32,000 nucleotides of DNA from Candidatus Saccharimonadota bacterium (GCF_012571795.1 NZ_CP046222.1:270819-302818); one strand, 5' to 3'; shown: positions 19,545-28,787, counted from the first letter of the stretch. Notes: generated by a model not told the origin, from the sequence alone. Numbers and translations are program-made.

Positions 19545-20183
19545 TTATATTGTATAATGTTTAATTGCAGGTTTAATTAACACTGTATGTCCTGTGTATC
19601 CAGGAGTCGAACCTTTAATTAGTATTATTTTTTTTTCTATATCTAATTTAATAATATGCAAATTTTGAATAGTAATCTTTTTATTTCCTAATTGTCCAGA
19701 CATTTTTTTTCCTTTAAAAACTTTGCCAGGAGTTTGATTCTGTCCAATAGATCCAGGAACTCTATGTGATAAAGAATTACCATGACTAGCATCTTGAGTG
19801 CTAAAATTCCATCTTTTTACAGTACCAGAAAAACCTTTTCCTTTAGATATACTAGTAATATCTACTTTATGAATTTTTTTAAAAACATTAATATCAATTT
19901 TTTGTCCTATATGATAATTTTTTATATTATGTACACGATGTTCCCATAAAATATATCCGGCATTAATTTTAGCTTTAGCAAAATGGCCTGCTTCAGCTTT
20001 ATTAATATGACTATTTTTTTTTGAGCCAGTTGTCATTTGAATGGCATTATATCCATTTTTACATATAGTTTTTATTTGTGTAATATAAATATCATCAAAT
20101 TGAATCACTGTTATTGGAATAGCTAAACCATCTTCAGTAAAAATTCGTGTCATACCCATTTTTTTACCGATTAAACTAATCAT
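19545..20183 (-). CDS. rplC: 50S ribosomal protein L3
   Basis: 212 aa. [19 protein letters not shown]...[13 protein letters not shown]...[34 protein letters not shown]. Confidence 0.97.
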   Translation of the reverse strand: MISLIGKKMGMTRIFTEDGLAIPITVIQFDDIYITQIKTICKNGYNAIQMTTGSKKNSHINKAEAGHFAKAKINAGYILWEHRVHNIKNYHIGQKIDINVFKKIHKVDITSISKGKGFSGTVKRWNFSTQDASHGNSLSHRVPGSIGQNQTPGKVFKGKKMSGQLGNKKITIQNLHIIKLDIEKKIILIKGSTPGYTGHTVLIKPAIKHYTI

Positions 20184-20235
20184 TTTATATCACCATTAAA
20201 AAATAATGTTTTACTTTTTTTTAATAAAAAATGTA

Positions 20236-20574
<339 letters not shown>

Positions 20575-20580
20575 TTAAAT

Positions 20581-20616
20581 AACCCTCTACTAATATATAA
20601 TATTTATGAGAGGACC
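20581..20616 (-). promoter_or_regulatory. Candidate rpsJ (S10 operon) leader hairpin
   Basis: In the minus-strand RNA, GGUCCUCU...AGAGGGUU forms 5 Watson-Crick pairs (cctct 20584-20588 with agagg 20609-20613). Three flanking G-U pairs are possible only in the minus-sense transcript. It is a G+C-rich island in otherwise pure A+T spacer, about 35 nt upstream of the rpsJ ATG. Confidence 0.3.
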
Positions 20617-20865
20617 TATGTTATTGATTTTTATCATTATTGAAGTAATGACAATTCTACTATTATGACTTATAAAATACAAATAAAGCAATATATAAAT
20701 ATTATTTATATAAATATATATTTTTATAATAAATTCTTTGTAGGCAATATTATACTATTTTATTTAATTTATATATTTAAATATATAAATTTTTTAGTTT
20801 ATAATATAAAAAAAATATATTTTATATTATATTAATATAAATAAATAATTTATATTACTAAATAT

Positions 20866-21279
20866 ATGACAATATTAGCTTTTGATTTTGGTACCAAATA
20901 TATAGGTGTAGCAGTTGGCAATGCTTTTATTAAAATAGCACATACATTAAATGTTATTAAAAATAAACGTAAAAACGGTAAAATTAATTGGTTAATGTTT
21001 AATAAGTTAATTGATACTTGGAATCCAGAAAAAATTATTGTAGGTTTGCCATTAAATATGGATGGTAGTAAACAATACATTACTATTTTAACAAAAAAAT
21101 TTGCATCTAGTCTAAAACATAGATACCATATTTGTATAGAATTACATGATGAAAGATTAAGTACAATAGAAGCAAAAAATATTTTATTTTCTTATGGTGG
21201 ATGGAAAAACTTACAAAGAAATAATATTAATTCTATGTCAGCTTCTATTATTTTACAAAGTTGGTTTAACAATAAATAA
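20866..21279 (+). CDS. ruvX: Putative pre-16S rRNA nuclease / Holliday junction resolvase-like protein YqgF
   Basis: 137 aa. ILAFDFGTKYIGVAVGN N-terminus, IIVGLPLNMDGS, DERLSTIEA. Confidence 0.9.
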   Translation: MTILAFDFGTKYIGVAVGNAFIKIAHTLNVIKNKRKNGKINWLMFNKLIDTWNPEKIIVGLPLNMDGSKQYITILTKKFASSLKHRYHICIELHDERLSTIEAKNILFSYGGWKNLQRNNINSMSASIILQSWFNNK

Positions 21280-21438
21280 TAATACCTAATTTGATAAAAT
21301 AATTATATAATATTTTAATATTTATATAGTATATTTTATGAAATTATTATTTATAGTACATGTATTAAACAAAAATATTTGTTTATATATAATGATATTT
21401 ATTGAGGTTTTAAATATATATTTATGAGGTTGTAAACT

Positions 21439-21999
21439 ATGTTAGCAATAATTCTTTTATTACGTAATATAATAGATGTATTAATTTTAATATGTATATT
21501 ACGTATATGGATTTATTATACGATAAAAAATACATATAATACTTTTGCACAGTTTATTATAAAAATATCTCAACCAATAATTCAACCATTTCAAATATTA
21601 TTACCTAATATTAAAAACATTGAATTATCTACATTAATTCTTTTATTTATTCTAGTAACCATTAAATACCCTTTATTAGTTTTACTTAATACAAAAACTA
21701 TACCATTATATAGTTTTATTACATTAATATTTATAGGTATTCTTGTATTATTTAAATCATTAGGAAATTTAATTTTTTGGTTAATTACTATACGTACTGT
21801 ATTTAGTTGGTTTGATAGAAAAGCTAACGATTTTGATTATATATTAAATACATTGACAGATCAAATAATGTATCCAATAAAAAAAATTATATTACCTATT
21901 GGTAATATTGATGTTATTCCTTTTGTTATTAGTTTAGTTTTGTATTGTCTTAATATTTTAGCTATGGATATTTTTCCACAATTTTGGTTTATTATATAA
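21439..21999 (+). CDS. yggT: YggT family inner-membrane protein
   Basis: 186 aa. Colinear with E. coli YggT (LRIW, FAQFIIKISQPIIQPF, and a second repeat of the same fold). Precedes hemW as in the E. coli ygg cluster. Confidence 0.8.
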   Translation: MLAIILLLRNIIDVLILICILRIWIYYTIKNTYNTFAQFIIKISQPIIQPFQILLPNIKNIELSTLILLFILVTIKYPLLVLLNTKTIPLYSFITLIFIGILVLFKSLGNLIFWLITIRTVFSWFDRKANDFDYILNTLTDQIMYPIKKIILPIGNIDVIPFVISLVLYCLNILAMDIFPQFWFII

Positions 22000-22008
22000 T
22001 ATATAACT

Positions 22009-23157
22009 ATGTATTCAAATAAATATTTATATTGTAGTTTATATATACATATACCTTGGTGTATAAAAAAATGTTATTACTGTGATTTTTATTCTTTAAT
22101 ATATCATAAAGACAACAAGAAAATACAAAAAAAATATATAGATCATTTAATTATAGATTTAAAAAATGAGCTTTTAATAATTAAAAAGAATATATATATA
22201 ACAAGTATTTTTTTTGGTGGGGGTACACCTAGTTTAATAGAAACAGAATTTATACAATATTTTTTATATGAAATTAAAAAATTAATATATATACCTAAAG
22301 ACATAGAAATTTCTATGGAGATGAATCCTACTCTTTTGAATATTAAAAATATAATAAAATATAGCATACATGATATTAATAGAATATCTATTGGTGTACA
22401 AAGTTTTAATAATCAGCATTTAAAAAATTTAGGTAGAATACATTCTAATAAAGATGTATATAATACCATATATAAAATATTAAAATATAAATCTTTTACT
22501 ATTAATTTAGATTTAATATATGGTTTGCCAAATCAAACTATAAAAGATGTAAAAAAAGATTTAAATTGTGCAATAAATATATTTCCAGAACACATTTCTT
22601 GGTATCAATTAACTATTGAAAAAAATACATTATTTGGTAGGTATCAACCTAAAAATTTACCTAATAATGATATATTATGGAAAATGTTTATATCAGGAAA
22701 AAATATTTTAAAAAAATATAATTACTTACATTATGAAATTTCTTCATTTGCAAAAAACAAACTAAATAAATGTAAACATAATTTAAATTATTGGTATAAT
22801 AAAGATTATTTAGGCTTAGGATGTGCATCACATAGTAAGATAACAAATAATAATAAAATTATACGTACAATACGTAATAAAAGTATTAAACAATATATTA
22901 ATGGTAATTATGTTATTTCCAGAACAATACTTAAAACACAAGATAAAATATTTGAATTTTTTTTAAATAGAACACGTCTTTTACAAAATATTAAAAAAGA
23001 AGATTTTATAAAAACTACAGGATTAAAATTAAAATATGTTTTGCCTTTTATAAATCAAGCAATAAAATTAGGATATATGAGACAAAATGATAAATATTGG
23101 ATTATAACAAACAAAGGATATTTATTTTTAAATAATTTATTAGAAATATTTATTTAA
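22009..23157 (+). CDS. hemW: Radical SAM heme chaperone HemW (YggW, HemN-like)
   Basis: 382 aa. SLYIHIPWCIKKCYYCDF (CxxxCxxC), FFGGGTPS, NRISIGVQSF, and HNLNYW motifs. Confidence 0.9.
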   Translation: MYSNKYLYCSLYIHIPWCIKKCYYCDFYSLIYHKDNKKIQKKYIDHLIIDLKNELLIIKKNIYITSIFFGGGTPSLIETEFIQYFLYEIKKLIYIPKDIEISMEMNPTLLNIKNIIKYSIHDINRISIGVQSFNNQHLKNLGRIHSNKDVYNTIYKILKYKSFTINLDLIYGLPNQTIKDVKKDLNCAINIFPEHISWYQLTIEKNTLFGRYQPKNLPNNDILWKMFISGKNILKKYNYLHYEISSFAKNKLNKCKHNLNYWYNKDYLGLGCASHSKITNNNKIIRTIRNKSIKQYINGNYVISRTILKTQDKIFEFFLNRTRLLQNIKKEDFIKTTGLKLKYVLPFINQAIKLGYMRQNDKYWIITNKGYLFLNNLLEIFI

Positions 23158-23851
23158 TTAAAAAATATTTTTTATATTCAATAATATATATAGTTTTATT
23201 ATTTCTTATTGCTTTTTCCCAAAATTTTGTTTTTGAATATTTTAAAATATTTTTTTTATAAAAATTATTATATTCATTAGAATGTAATATTACATAATTA
23301 TAATAATGTAAATTATGTATAATATTATTAATTTGACAATAATAATCATAACAATCAGTCATTATATATAATAATCCATTATTTCGTAATCTATTAAAAA
23401 TTAGATTAATAAAATATTGATTTAATAATCTTTTTTTTTTATGTTTATTTTTCGGCCATGGATCTGGAAAATATAATTGAATTATATTTATTGATTCATT
23501 ACATATCATATTTTTTAATACTAAAAAAGCATCATAATAAATAAATTTAATATTACAAGTTTTTTTAATTAAAATATTATTTAAACATTGAATAATACCA
23601 GGCAAATAAACATCTATAGCAATAAAATTATATTTTTTATTATCTTGAGATAAATTATTTAATAAATTACCTGTGCCAAAACCTATATCTATAATAATAG
23701 GATTATTATTTTTAAAAATATTAAATAGATTTGTTTTTTTATTTTTATAAATTATTTCAAACAAATTAAAATACTTATTAAAAATAATTTTTTTATTATT
23801 ATTTACTTTTCTAAAGCGACATATAAAACTTTTAATATATTTCATAGACAT
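23150..23851 (-). CDS. trmB: tRNA (guanine-N7)-methyltransferase
   Basis: 233 aa. SAM-binding IDIGFGTGN and FPDPWPKNKHKKKR motif. An alternative ATG lies at 23843-23845. Confidence 0.88.
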   Translation of the reverse strand: MSMKYIKSFICRFRKVNNNKKIIFNKYFNLFEIIYKNKKTNLFNIFKNNNPIIIDIGFGTGNLLNNLSQDNKKYNFIAIDVYLPGIIQCLNNILIKKTCNIKFIYYDAFLVLKNMICNESINIIQLYFPDPWPKNKHKKKRLLNQYFINLIFNRLRNNGLLYIMTDCYDYYCQINNIIHNLHYYNYVILHSNEYNNFYKKNILKYSKTKFWEKAIRNNKTIYIIEYKKYFLIK

Positions 23852-23892
23852 TAATAATTTTAATATTTAATTGTTTATTCAAAATAAATAAT

Positions 23893-23901
23893 TGATATAA
23901 T
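23893..23901 (+). promoter_or_regulatory. Candidate extended -10 promoter element for yggX (TGaTATAAT)
   Basis: tgatataat is read directly at 23893-23901, about 40 nt upstream of the yggX ATG. There is no good -35 at 16-18 nt spacing. Confidence 0.35.
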
Positions 23902-23942
23902 ACGATTACATATCATGTATACATAAAAGTAAAAATTATATA

Positions 23943-24182
23943 ATGTCAAGAAAAATTTTTTGTAGTTATTTTCAAATACATATGAATGGATTAGAATATA
24001 GCGTATATCCAGGTATTATTGGAGAAAAGATATATAATAATATATCTAAAAAAGCATGGTACTTATGGTTAAATAAACAAACAAAATTAATTAATGAACA
24101 TAACTTAAATATGGCTAAAGAAAAACACCTACATTATTTAGAAAAAGAGATGATATTATTTCTTTTTAAGAATAAAATATGA
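23943..24182 (+). CDS. yggX: Fe(2+)-trafficking protein YggX
   Basis: 79 aa. MSRKIFCSYFQ...GLEYSVYPGIIGEKIYNNISKKAW..WLNKQT.LINE..LNM is colinear with E. coli YggX. The C-terminal tail is shorter. Confidence 0.9.
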   Translation: MSRKIFCSYFQIHMNGLEYSVYPGIIGEKIYNNISKKAWYLWLNKQTKLINEHNLNMAKEKHLHYLEKEMILFLFKNKI

Positions 24183-24196
24183 ATAACTTAAACTAT

Positions 24197-24269
24197 TGGA
24201 GCTAAGCGGGATCGAACCGCTGACCCTCTGTGTGCAAAACAGATGCTCTACCAACTGAGCTATAGCCCC
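24197..24269 (-). tRNA. tRNA-Ala (anticodon UGC)
   Basis: The reverse complement GGGGCTATAGCTCAGTTGGTAGAGCATCTGTTTTGCACACAGAGGGTCAGCGGTTCGATCCCGCTTAGCTCCA folds as a 73-nt cloverleaf. It has the G3:U70 alanine identity pair and anticodon loop TTTGCAC. No 3' CCA is encoded. Confidence 0.96.
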
Positions 24270-24278
24270 ATTTTATTG

Positions 24279-24352
24279 TAGGCTTGAGTGGATTTGAACC
24301 ACCGACCTCACCCTTATCAGGGGTGTGCTCTAACCAACTGAGCTACAAGCCT
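24279..24352 (-). tRNA. tRNA-Ile (anticodon GAU)
   Basis: The reverse complement AGGCTTGTAGCTCAGTTGGTTAGAGCACACCCCTGATAAGGGTGAGGTCGGTGGTTCAAATCCACTCAAGCCTA is a 74-nt cloverleaf, nearly identical to E. coli tRNA-Ile(GAU). No 3' CCA is encoded. Confidence 0.96.
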
Positions 24353-24369
24353 ATTAACAATATACGGTA

Positions 24370-24398
24370 ATTAACACATATTTATTATAAAATGTCAA
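24370..24398 (-). promoter_or_regulatory. Candidate promoter for the tRNA-Ile/tRNA-Ala unit
   Basis: The minus strand reads TTGACA (plus-strand tgtcaa 24393-24398), a 17-nt spacer, then GTTAAT (24370-24375), ending 17 nt before the mature tRNA-Ile 5' end. The -35 is perfect; the -10 is only 4 of 6. Confidence 0.35.
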
Positions 24399-24452
24399 CT
24401 AAATATTTTACTAATATATAAAAATTACATACATATAGGATATTTATAACTA

Positions 24453-25901
24453 ATGTTAATATATAAAAACAATATTATAATTATTATTTTAATTTTTATA
24501 ACATTATTTTTTATAATAAAAATAATAAGATTGTATAAAATACAAAATAAAAAATTAAAAAATCAAATTATAATAAAAAAAATGTTAATAGAACGATATT
24601 ATAATAAAAATTCTGAAAATATTCAAACAAAACTACAATTAATACGATATAAAAATATAAATATTAATTTAAAAGAAAAAATAGAACAATTAAAAACTAT
24701 ATGTAATAAATATACAGAAAAAATAGAAAATTTTAAAAATTATAAATTAGATAATGATAATTTAAATTCTAAAATAATAGAACAATCTCAAATTATTAAT
24801 AATTTAAAAATAGAAATTAAAATTATTAAAAATAAATTTTATGATACAAAGAATTTTTTTCAACAAAAAGAAAAACTAATGATAAAATATCATGATAACA
24901 TAAATATAAAATTAAAAAAATTAGCTAATACAGTTATTGAAAGTAATACAAATCATGTAACAAATTTAAATGATGATAATATTATAAAAATTATACAACC
25001 TTTACAAAAGCAAATAGAAAGTTTACAAAATAACTTACAAAATAACTTAAATCAAGAATCTATAGAACGTAATATTTTACAATATGAACTAAAAAATTTA
25101 AAAAAATTAAATATGCATCTATCACGTGAAGCAAATAATTTAACTCAAGCATTAAAAGGTAATAATAAGTTACAAGGCAATTGGGGTGAATTAGTATTAA
25201 CTAAAATATTAGAATCATCAGGATTAAGACAAGGTCATGAATATGATATACAAAAAAAAATATTTTTACAAGATAAAACTTTACAACCTGATATAATTAT
25301 AAAATTACCAAATAATAAAAATATTATTATTGATGCTAAAGTTACTTTAGTTTCATATGAACGTTATTTTAATAGTGATAATGATAATATATTACGTACC
25401 CAATTTTTAAAAGAATATATCACATCTGTCAAAAAACATTTAAGATTATTAAATAGTAAAAATTATCATACCTTATATAATATTATATCTTTAGATTATA
25501 TAATTATGTTTATTCCTATTGAAACAGCATTCTTATTAGCTATTAATCACAAACCATCTTTATTATATGAAGCACTAAAATATAATATTATGTTAGTTAG
25601 CCCAACCACATTAATGATTGCATTAAGAACTATTAATAATTTATGGAATATTGATAAACAAAATAAACATTCTTTATTATTAGCTAATAAAGCTACAAAA
25701 ATATATAATAAAATTAAAATTTTTGTTGATGATATATGTACATTAGAAAAAAGTTTAAATAAATTACAAAATAATTATAATCTTATTATAAAAAAACTTT
25801 TATATGGTAAAGGAAATATAATAACACAAGTAGAAAGTTTTAAAGATTTAGGAATTGATGTTTTAAATAAAATTGATACTAATTTTTTAAAAAATAAATA
25901 A
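24453..25901 (+). CDS. rmuC: DNA recombination protein RmuC
   Basis: 482 aa. N-terminal membrane anchor, a long N/K/Q-rich coiled coil, then the RmuC C-terminal domain (GNWGELVL..ILE.SGL, QPDIII.LP....IIIDAKV, MFIP.E, MLVSPTTL). Confidence 0.88.
   Translation: MLIYKNNIIIIILIFITLFFIIKIIRLYKIQNKKLKNQIIIKKMLIERYYNKNSENIQTKLQLIRYKNININLKEKIEQLKTICNKYTEKIENFKNYKLDNDNLNSKIIEQSQIINNLKIEIKIIKNKFYDTKNFFQQKEKLMIKYHDNINIKLKKLANTVIESNTNHVTNLNDDNIIKIIQPLQKQIESLQNNLQNNLNQESIERNILQYELKNLKKLNMHLSREANNLTQALKGNNKLQGNWGELVLTKILESSGLRQGHEYDIQKKIFLQDKTLQPDIIIKLPNNKNIIIDAKVTLVSYERYFNSDNDNILRTQFLKEYITSVKKHLRLLNSKNYHTLYNIISLDYIIMFIPIETAFLLAINHKPSLLYEALKYNIMLVSPTTLMIALRTINNLWNIDKQNKHSLLLANKATKIYNKIKIFVDDICTLEKSLNKLQNNYNLIIKKLLYGKGNIITQVESFKDLGIDVLNKIDTNFLKNK
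25023..25046 (+). repeat. Perfect in-frame 12-bp tandem duplication inside rmuC (ttacaaaataac x2)
   Basis: 25023-25034 and 25035-25046 are identical and encode LQNN-LQNN. Confidence 0.9.
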
Positions 25902-25927
25902 TATATATTAATTAAAAGGATTAGTAA

Positions 25928-26719
25928 ATGTTTGATATGAGTGTCAATTTAACTAGTAAAAGATTTGATAATGATCATCAGCTAGTTATAGATAGAGCTA
26001 AATTATATGGTATTAATGGTATGTTAATTATAGGAAGTAATGTTAATGATAGTATTTATGCTAACCAAATAATATTACCATATAAGAATTATTGCTGGGC
26101 TACAGCAGGCGTACATCCACATTATGCTAATTTATGGAATAAAAATACTATTAATATTATAAATAATATTATTAATAAATATAAAACAGTTGTAGCTATT
26201 GGAGAATGTGGATTAGATTTTTATAGAAATTTATCTTCAAAAAAACAACAAATATTTGCATTTAATGCTCAATTAGAATTAGCAACACAATATTCTTTAC
26301 CTTTATTTTTACATTGTCGTAACGCATTTTCTGATTTTATAAAAATTTTAAAAAAATGGATTGATAAAATCCCTATATCTGTTATACATTGTTTTTCAGG
26401 TAATCAATATGAATTACAACAATGTTTAGATATGAATTTATATATTGGGATATCAGAATTATTTTTCAATAAAAAATATAGAATATTTTCCATAAATGAT
26501 ATTAATATTATTCCCAAAAATAAAATTGTTATAGAAACAGATTCTCCTTATTTATTATTTAAAAATATATATAAAAATATATATAAAAAATATCAAGGAC
26601 GTAATGAACCTTTTTTATTAGTTAATTTAGTAAAAAAAATTGCTACATATCAAAAAAATAATATTGACATAGTAAAAAAACAAACAGAAAAAAATACACG
26701 TATTTTATTAAATATATAA
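25928..26719 (+). CDS. tatD: TatD-family Mg-dependent 3'-5' exonuclease/DNase
   Basis: 263 aa. MFDMSVNLTS, TAGVHPH, AIGECGLDF.RN, LHCR.A, HCFSG, IETDSPYL and GRNEP are colinear with E. coli TatD. Confidence 0.92.
   Translation: MFDMSVNLTSKRFDNDHQLVIDRAKLYGINGMLIIGSNVNDSIYANQIILPYKNYCWATAGVHPHYANLWNKNTINIINNIINKYKTVVAIGECGLDFYRNLSSKKQQIFAFNAQLELATQYSLPLFLHCRNAFSDFIKILKKWIDKIPISVIHCFSGNQYELQQCLDMNLYIGISELFFNKKYRIFSINDINIIPKNKIVIETDSPYLLFKNIYKNIYKKYQGRNEPFLLVNLVKKIATYQKNNIDIVKKQTEKNTRILLNI
26561..26584 (+). repeat. Perfect in-frame 12-bp tandem duplication inside tatD (aaaaatatatat x2)
   Basis: 26561-26572 and 26573-26584 are identical and encode KNIY-KNIY, in a loop that is variable relative to E. 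coli TatD. Confidence 0.9.
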
Positions 26720-26768
26720 TAAATATATTCTAATTTATACTTATCAATATATAATAAAGAGAAAAATT

Positions 26769-28133
26769 ATGACATTACTTATTAATATATCTGATATTAT
26801 TTTAAATAAAATTAATATTGGCACTAAAATTAAAATTAAAGGTTGGGTACGTTATATTAGACATTCTAAAATAGGTATATCTTTTATTACTATATATGAT
26901 GGATCTAATATTCAAGATATACAAATTATTGCAAAAAAATATCTTGATAATTATAAATCTGAAATTTTATCTCTTACTACTGGATGTTCTATAGAAATTA
27001 TAGGGTCTTTAATTTTATCACCTCATATAAATAAACAAAAATATGAAATAGATTCAACAATAATTAAAATTATAGGGTGGATTAATAATCCTGGTTCATA
27101 TCCTATTTCATTAAAAAAACATAGTTTAGAATATTTAAGAGAAGTAGCACATTTACGTGCTAGAACTAGAATTATAAGTAGCATAATGAGATTAAGACAT
27201 TATATTACTATATATATACATAATTTTTTACACCAACATAATTTTTTTTGGATTAATACTCCTATTATTACTACTTTAGATACTGAAGGTTATAGTAAAA
27301 TGTTTCATATTTCTACTATAGAATCAAATAATTTTTTTAATAAAAAATCATTTTTAACTGTTTCAGGACAATTAAATTTAGAAACATATGCTTGTGCAAT
27401 GTCTAAAGTATATACTTTTGGTCCTACTTTTAGAGCAGAAAATTCTAATACTACACGTCATTTAGCAGAATTTTGGATGTTAGAAATTGAAATAGCTTTT
27501 GCAACATTAGATGATATTATATCTTTTGTTAAGAAATTTATTAAGCATATTAGTAAACAAATTTTAACATTTCATATAGAAGAAATTAATTTTTTATCTG
27601 AATATACAAAACAAGACTTATCAATTAAAATACAAAAAATATTATCTGATAATATATTTATTATAGATTATACAAAAGCAATAAATATTTTACAAAAATG
27701 TAATATATCATTTAAAAATAAGATATTTTGGGGTATAGACTTAGCTATAGAACATGAAAAATATTTAACTAATACATATTTTAATAGTCCAATAATTATA
27801 TATAATTATCCTAAAAAAATTAAACCATTTTATATGTATTTAAATGATGATAATAAAACAGTTGCAGCTATGGATTTATTATTACCTAATATAGGTGAAA
27901 TTATAGGCGGTTCACAAAGAGAACATAGAATAGAAATTCTAAATAAAAGAATATTAGAATTAAATTTATGTAAAAAAGATTATTGGTGGTATAGAGATTT
28001 AAGAAAATATGGTACCGTACCACATTCTGGATTTGGTTTAGGAATAGAAAGACTTGTATCCTATTTTACAGGATTTAATAATATAAAAGATATAATACCA
28101 TTTCCTAGAACACCTCATAATGCTAAATTTTAA
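26769..28133 (+). CDS. asnS: Asparagine--tRNA ligase
   Basis: 454 aa. KGWVR..R.SK.GISF, YTFGPTFRAENSNTTRHLAEFWMLE, GGSQRE and YGTVPHSGFGLGIERL. The C-terminus FPRTPHNAKF matches E. coli AsnS. Confidence 0.96.
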   Translation: MTLLINISDIILNKINIGTKIKIKGWVRYIRHSKIGISFITIYDGSNIQDIQIIAKKYLDNYKSEILSLTTGCSIEIIGSLILSPHINKQKYEIDSTIIKIIGWINNPGSYPISLKKHSLEYLREVAHLRARTRIISSIMRLRHYITIYIHNFLHQHNFFWINTPIITTLDTEGYSKMFHISTIESNNFFNKKSFLTVSGQLNLETYACAMSKVYTFGPTFRAENSNTTRHLAEFWMLEIEIAFATLDDIISFVKKFIKHISKQILTFHIEEINFLSEYTKQDLSIKIQKILSDNIFIIDYTKAINILQKCNISFKNKIFWGIDLAIEHEKYLTNTYFNSPIIIYNYPKKIKPFYMYLNDDNKTVAAMDLLLPNIGEIIGGSQREHRIEILNKRILELNLCKKDYWWYRDLRKYGTVPHSGFGLGIERLVSYFTGFNNIKDIIPFPRTPHNAKF

Positions 28134-28151
28134 ATTATATATTAATATTTT

Positions 28152-28787
28152 TTATATAATTTTTGATATAAACTTATTATATTTTATTTCTTTTAATAAA
28201 GTAGTATTTTGACCATGACCTGGTAAAATTATTGTGTTTTGATTTAAAGTTAAGATAGAATTTTTAATAGATTTCATTAAATGTGTATAATTACTAAAAG
28301 GCAAATCTGTACGCCCAATACTATTTTTAAAAATTATATCACCGGATATTAAAACATGATGCTCTTTAATGTAAAAAATTAAATGTCCAGGTGTATGCCC
28401 CGGACAATGATATATATTAATTAATATATTCCCTAAACTGATTTTCTGTTTATGACTTAACCATTGATTATATTTAAAAATACAATTATATAAACTAAAA
28501 TATATAGTTTGTAATTTTATATTTTTTATCCATACTATATCATATTTATGAGGACCACAAATAGGTATATTATATTTTATAGATAAATTATATGCAGCAC
28601 CTATATGGTCTAAATGACCATGAGTAATTAAAATTAATTTTATATATAAATTATATTTATTTATAATATTAATTATTTTATATATATCACCACCAGGGTC
28701 AATAATAGCAGTATATAATGTTTTTGTACACCATAAAATATAACAATTTGTTTGAAAAAATGTAACTGGAATTACAATATATTTCAT
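28152..28787 (-). CDS. ycbL: Metallo-beta-lactamase fold hydrolase, YcbL/GloC-type hydroxyacylglutathione hydrolase
   Basis: 211 aa. THGHLDHIG metal-binding motif, CPGHTPGH, and GDIIF..SIGRTD. The size fits YcbL (about 215 aa) rather than GloB (about 251 aa). Confidence 0.75.
   Translation of the reverse strand: MKYIVIPVTFFQTNCYILWCTKTLYTAIIDPGGDIYKIINIINKYNLYIKLILITHGHLDHIGAAYNLSIKYNIPICGPHKYDIVWIKNIKLQTIYFSLYNCIFKYNQWLSHKQKISLGNILINIYHCPGHTPGHLIFYIKEHHVLISGDIIFKNSIGRTDLPFSNYTHLMKSIKNSILTLNQNTIILPGHGQNTTLLKEIKYNKFISKII

Noticed and set aside
20850-21080. Minus-strand 76-aa ORF overlapping the ruvX 5' half.
   Set aside because: It is antisense to a conserved YqgF/RuvX reading frame and has no motif of its own.
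22143-22367. Minus-strand 74-aa ORF inside hemW.
   Set aside because: It is antisense to the conserved radical-SAM core of hemW, and its translation is low-complexity.
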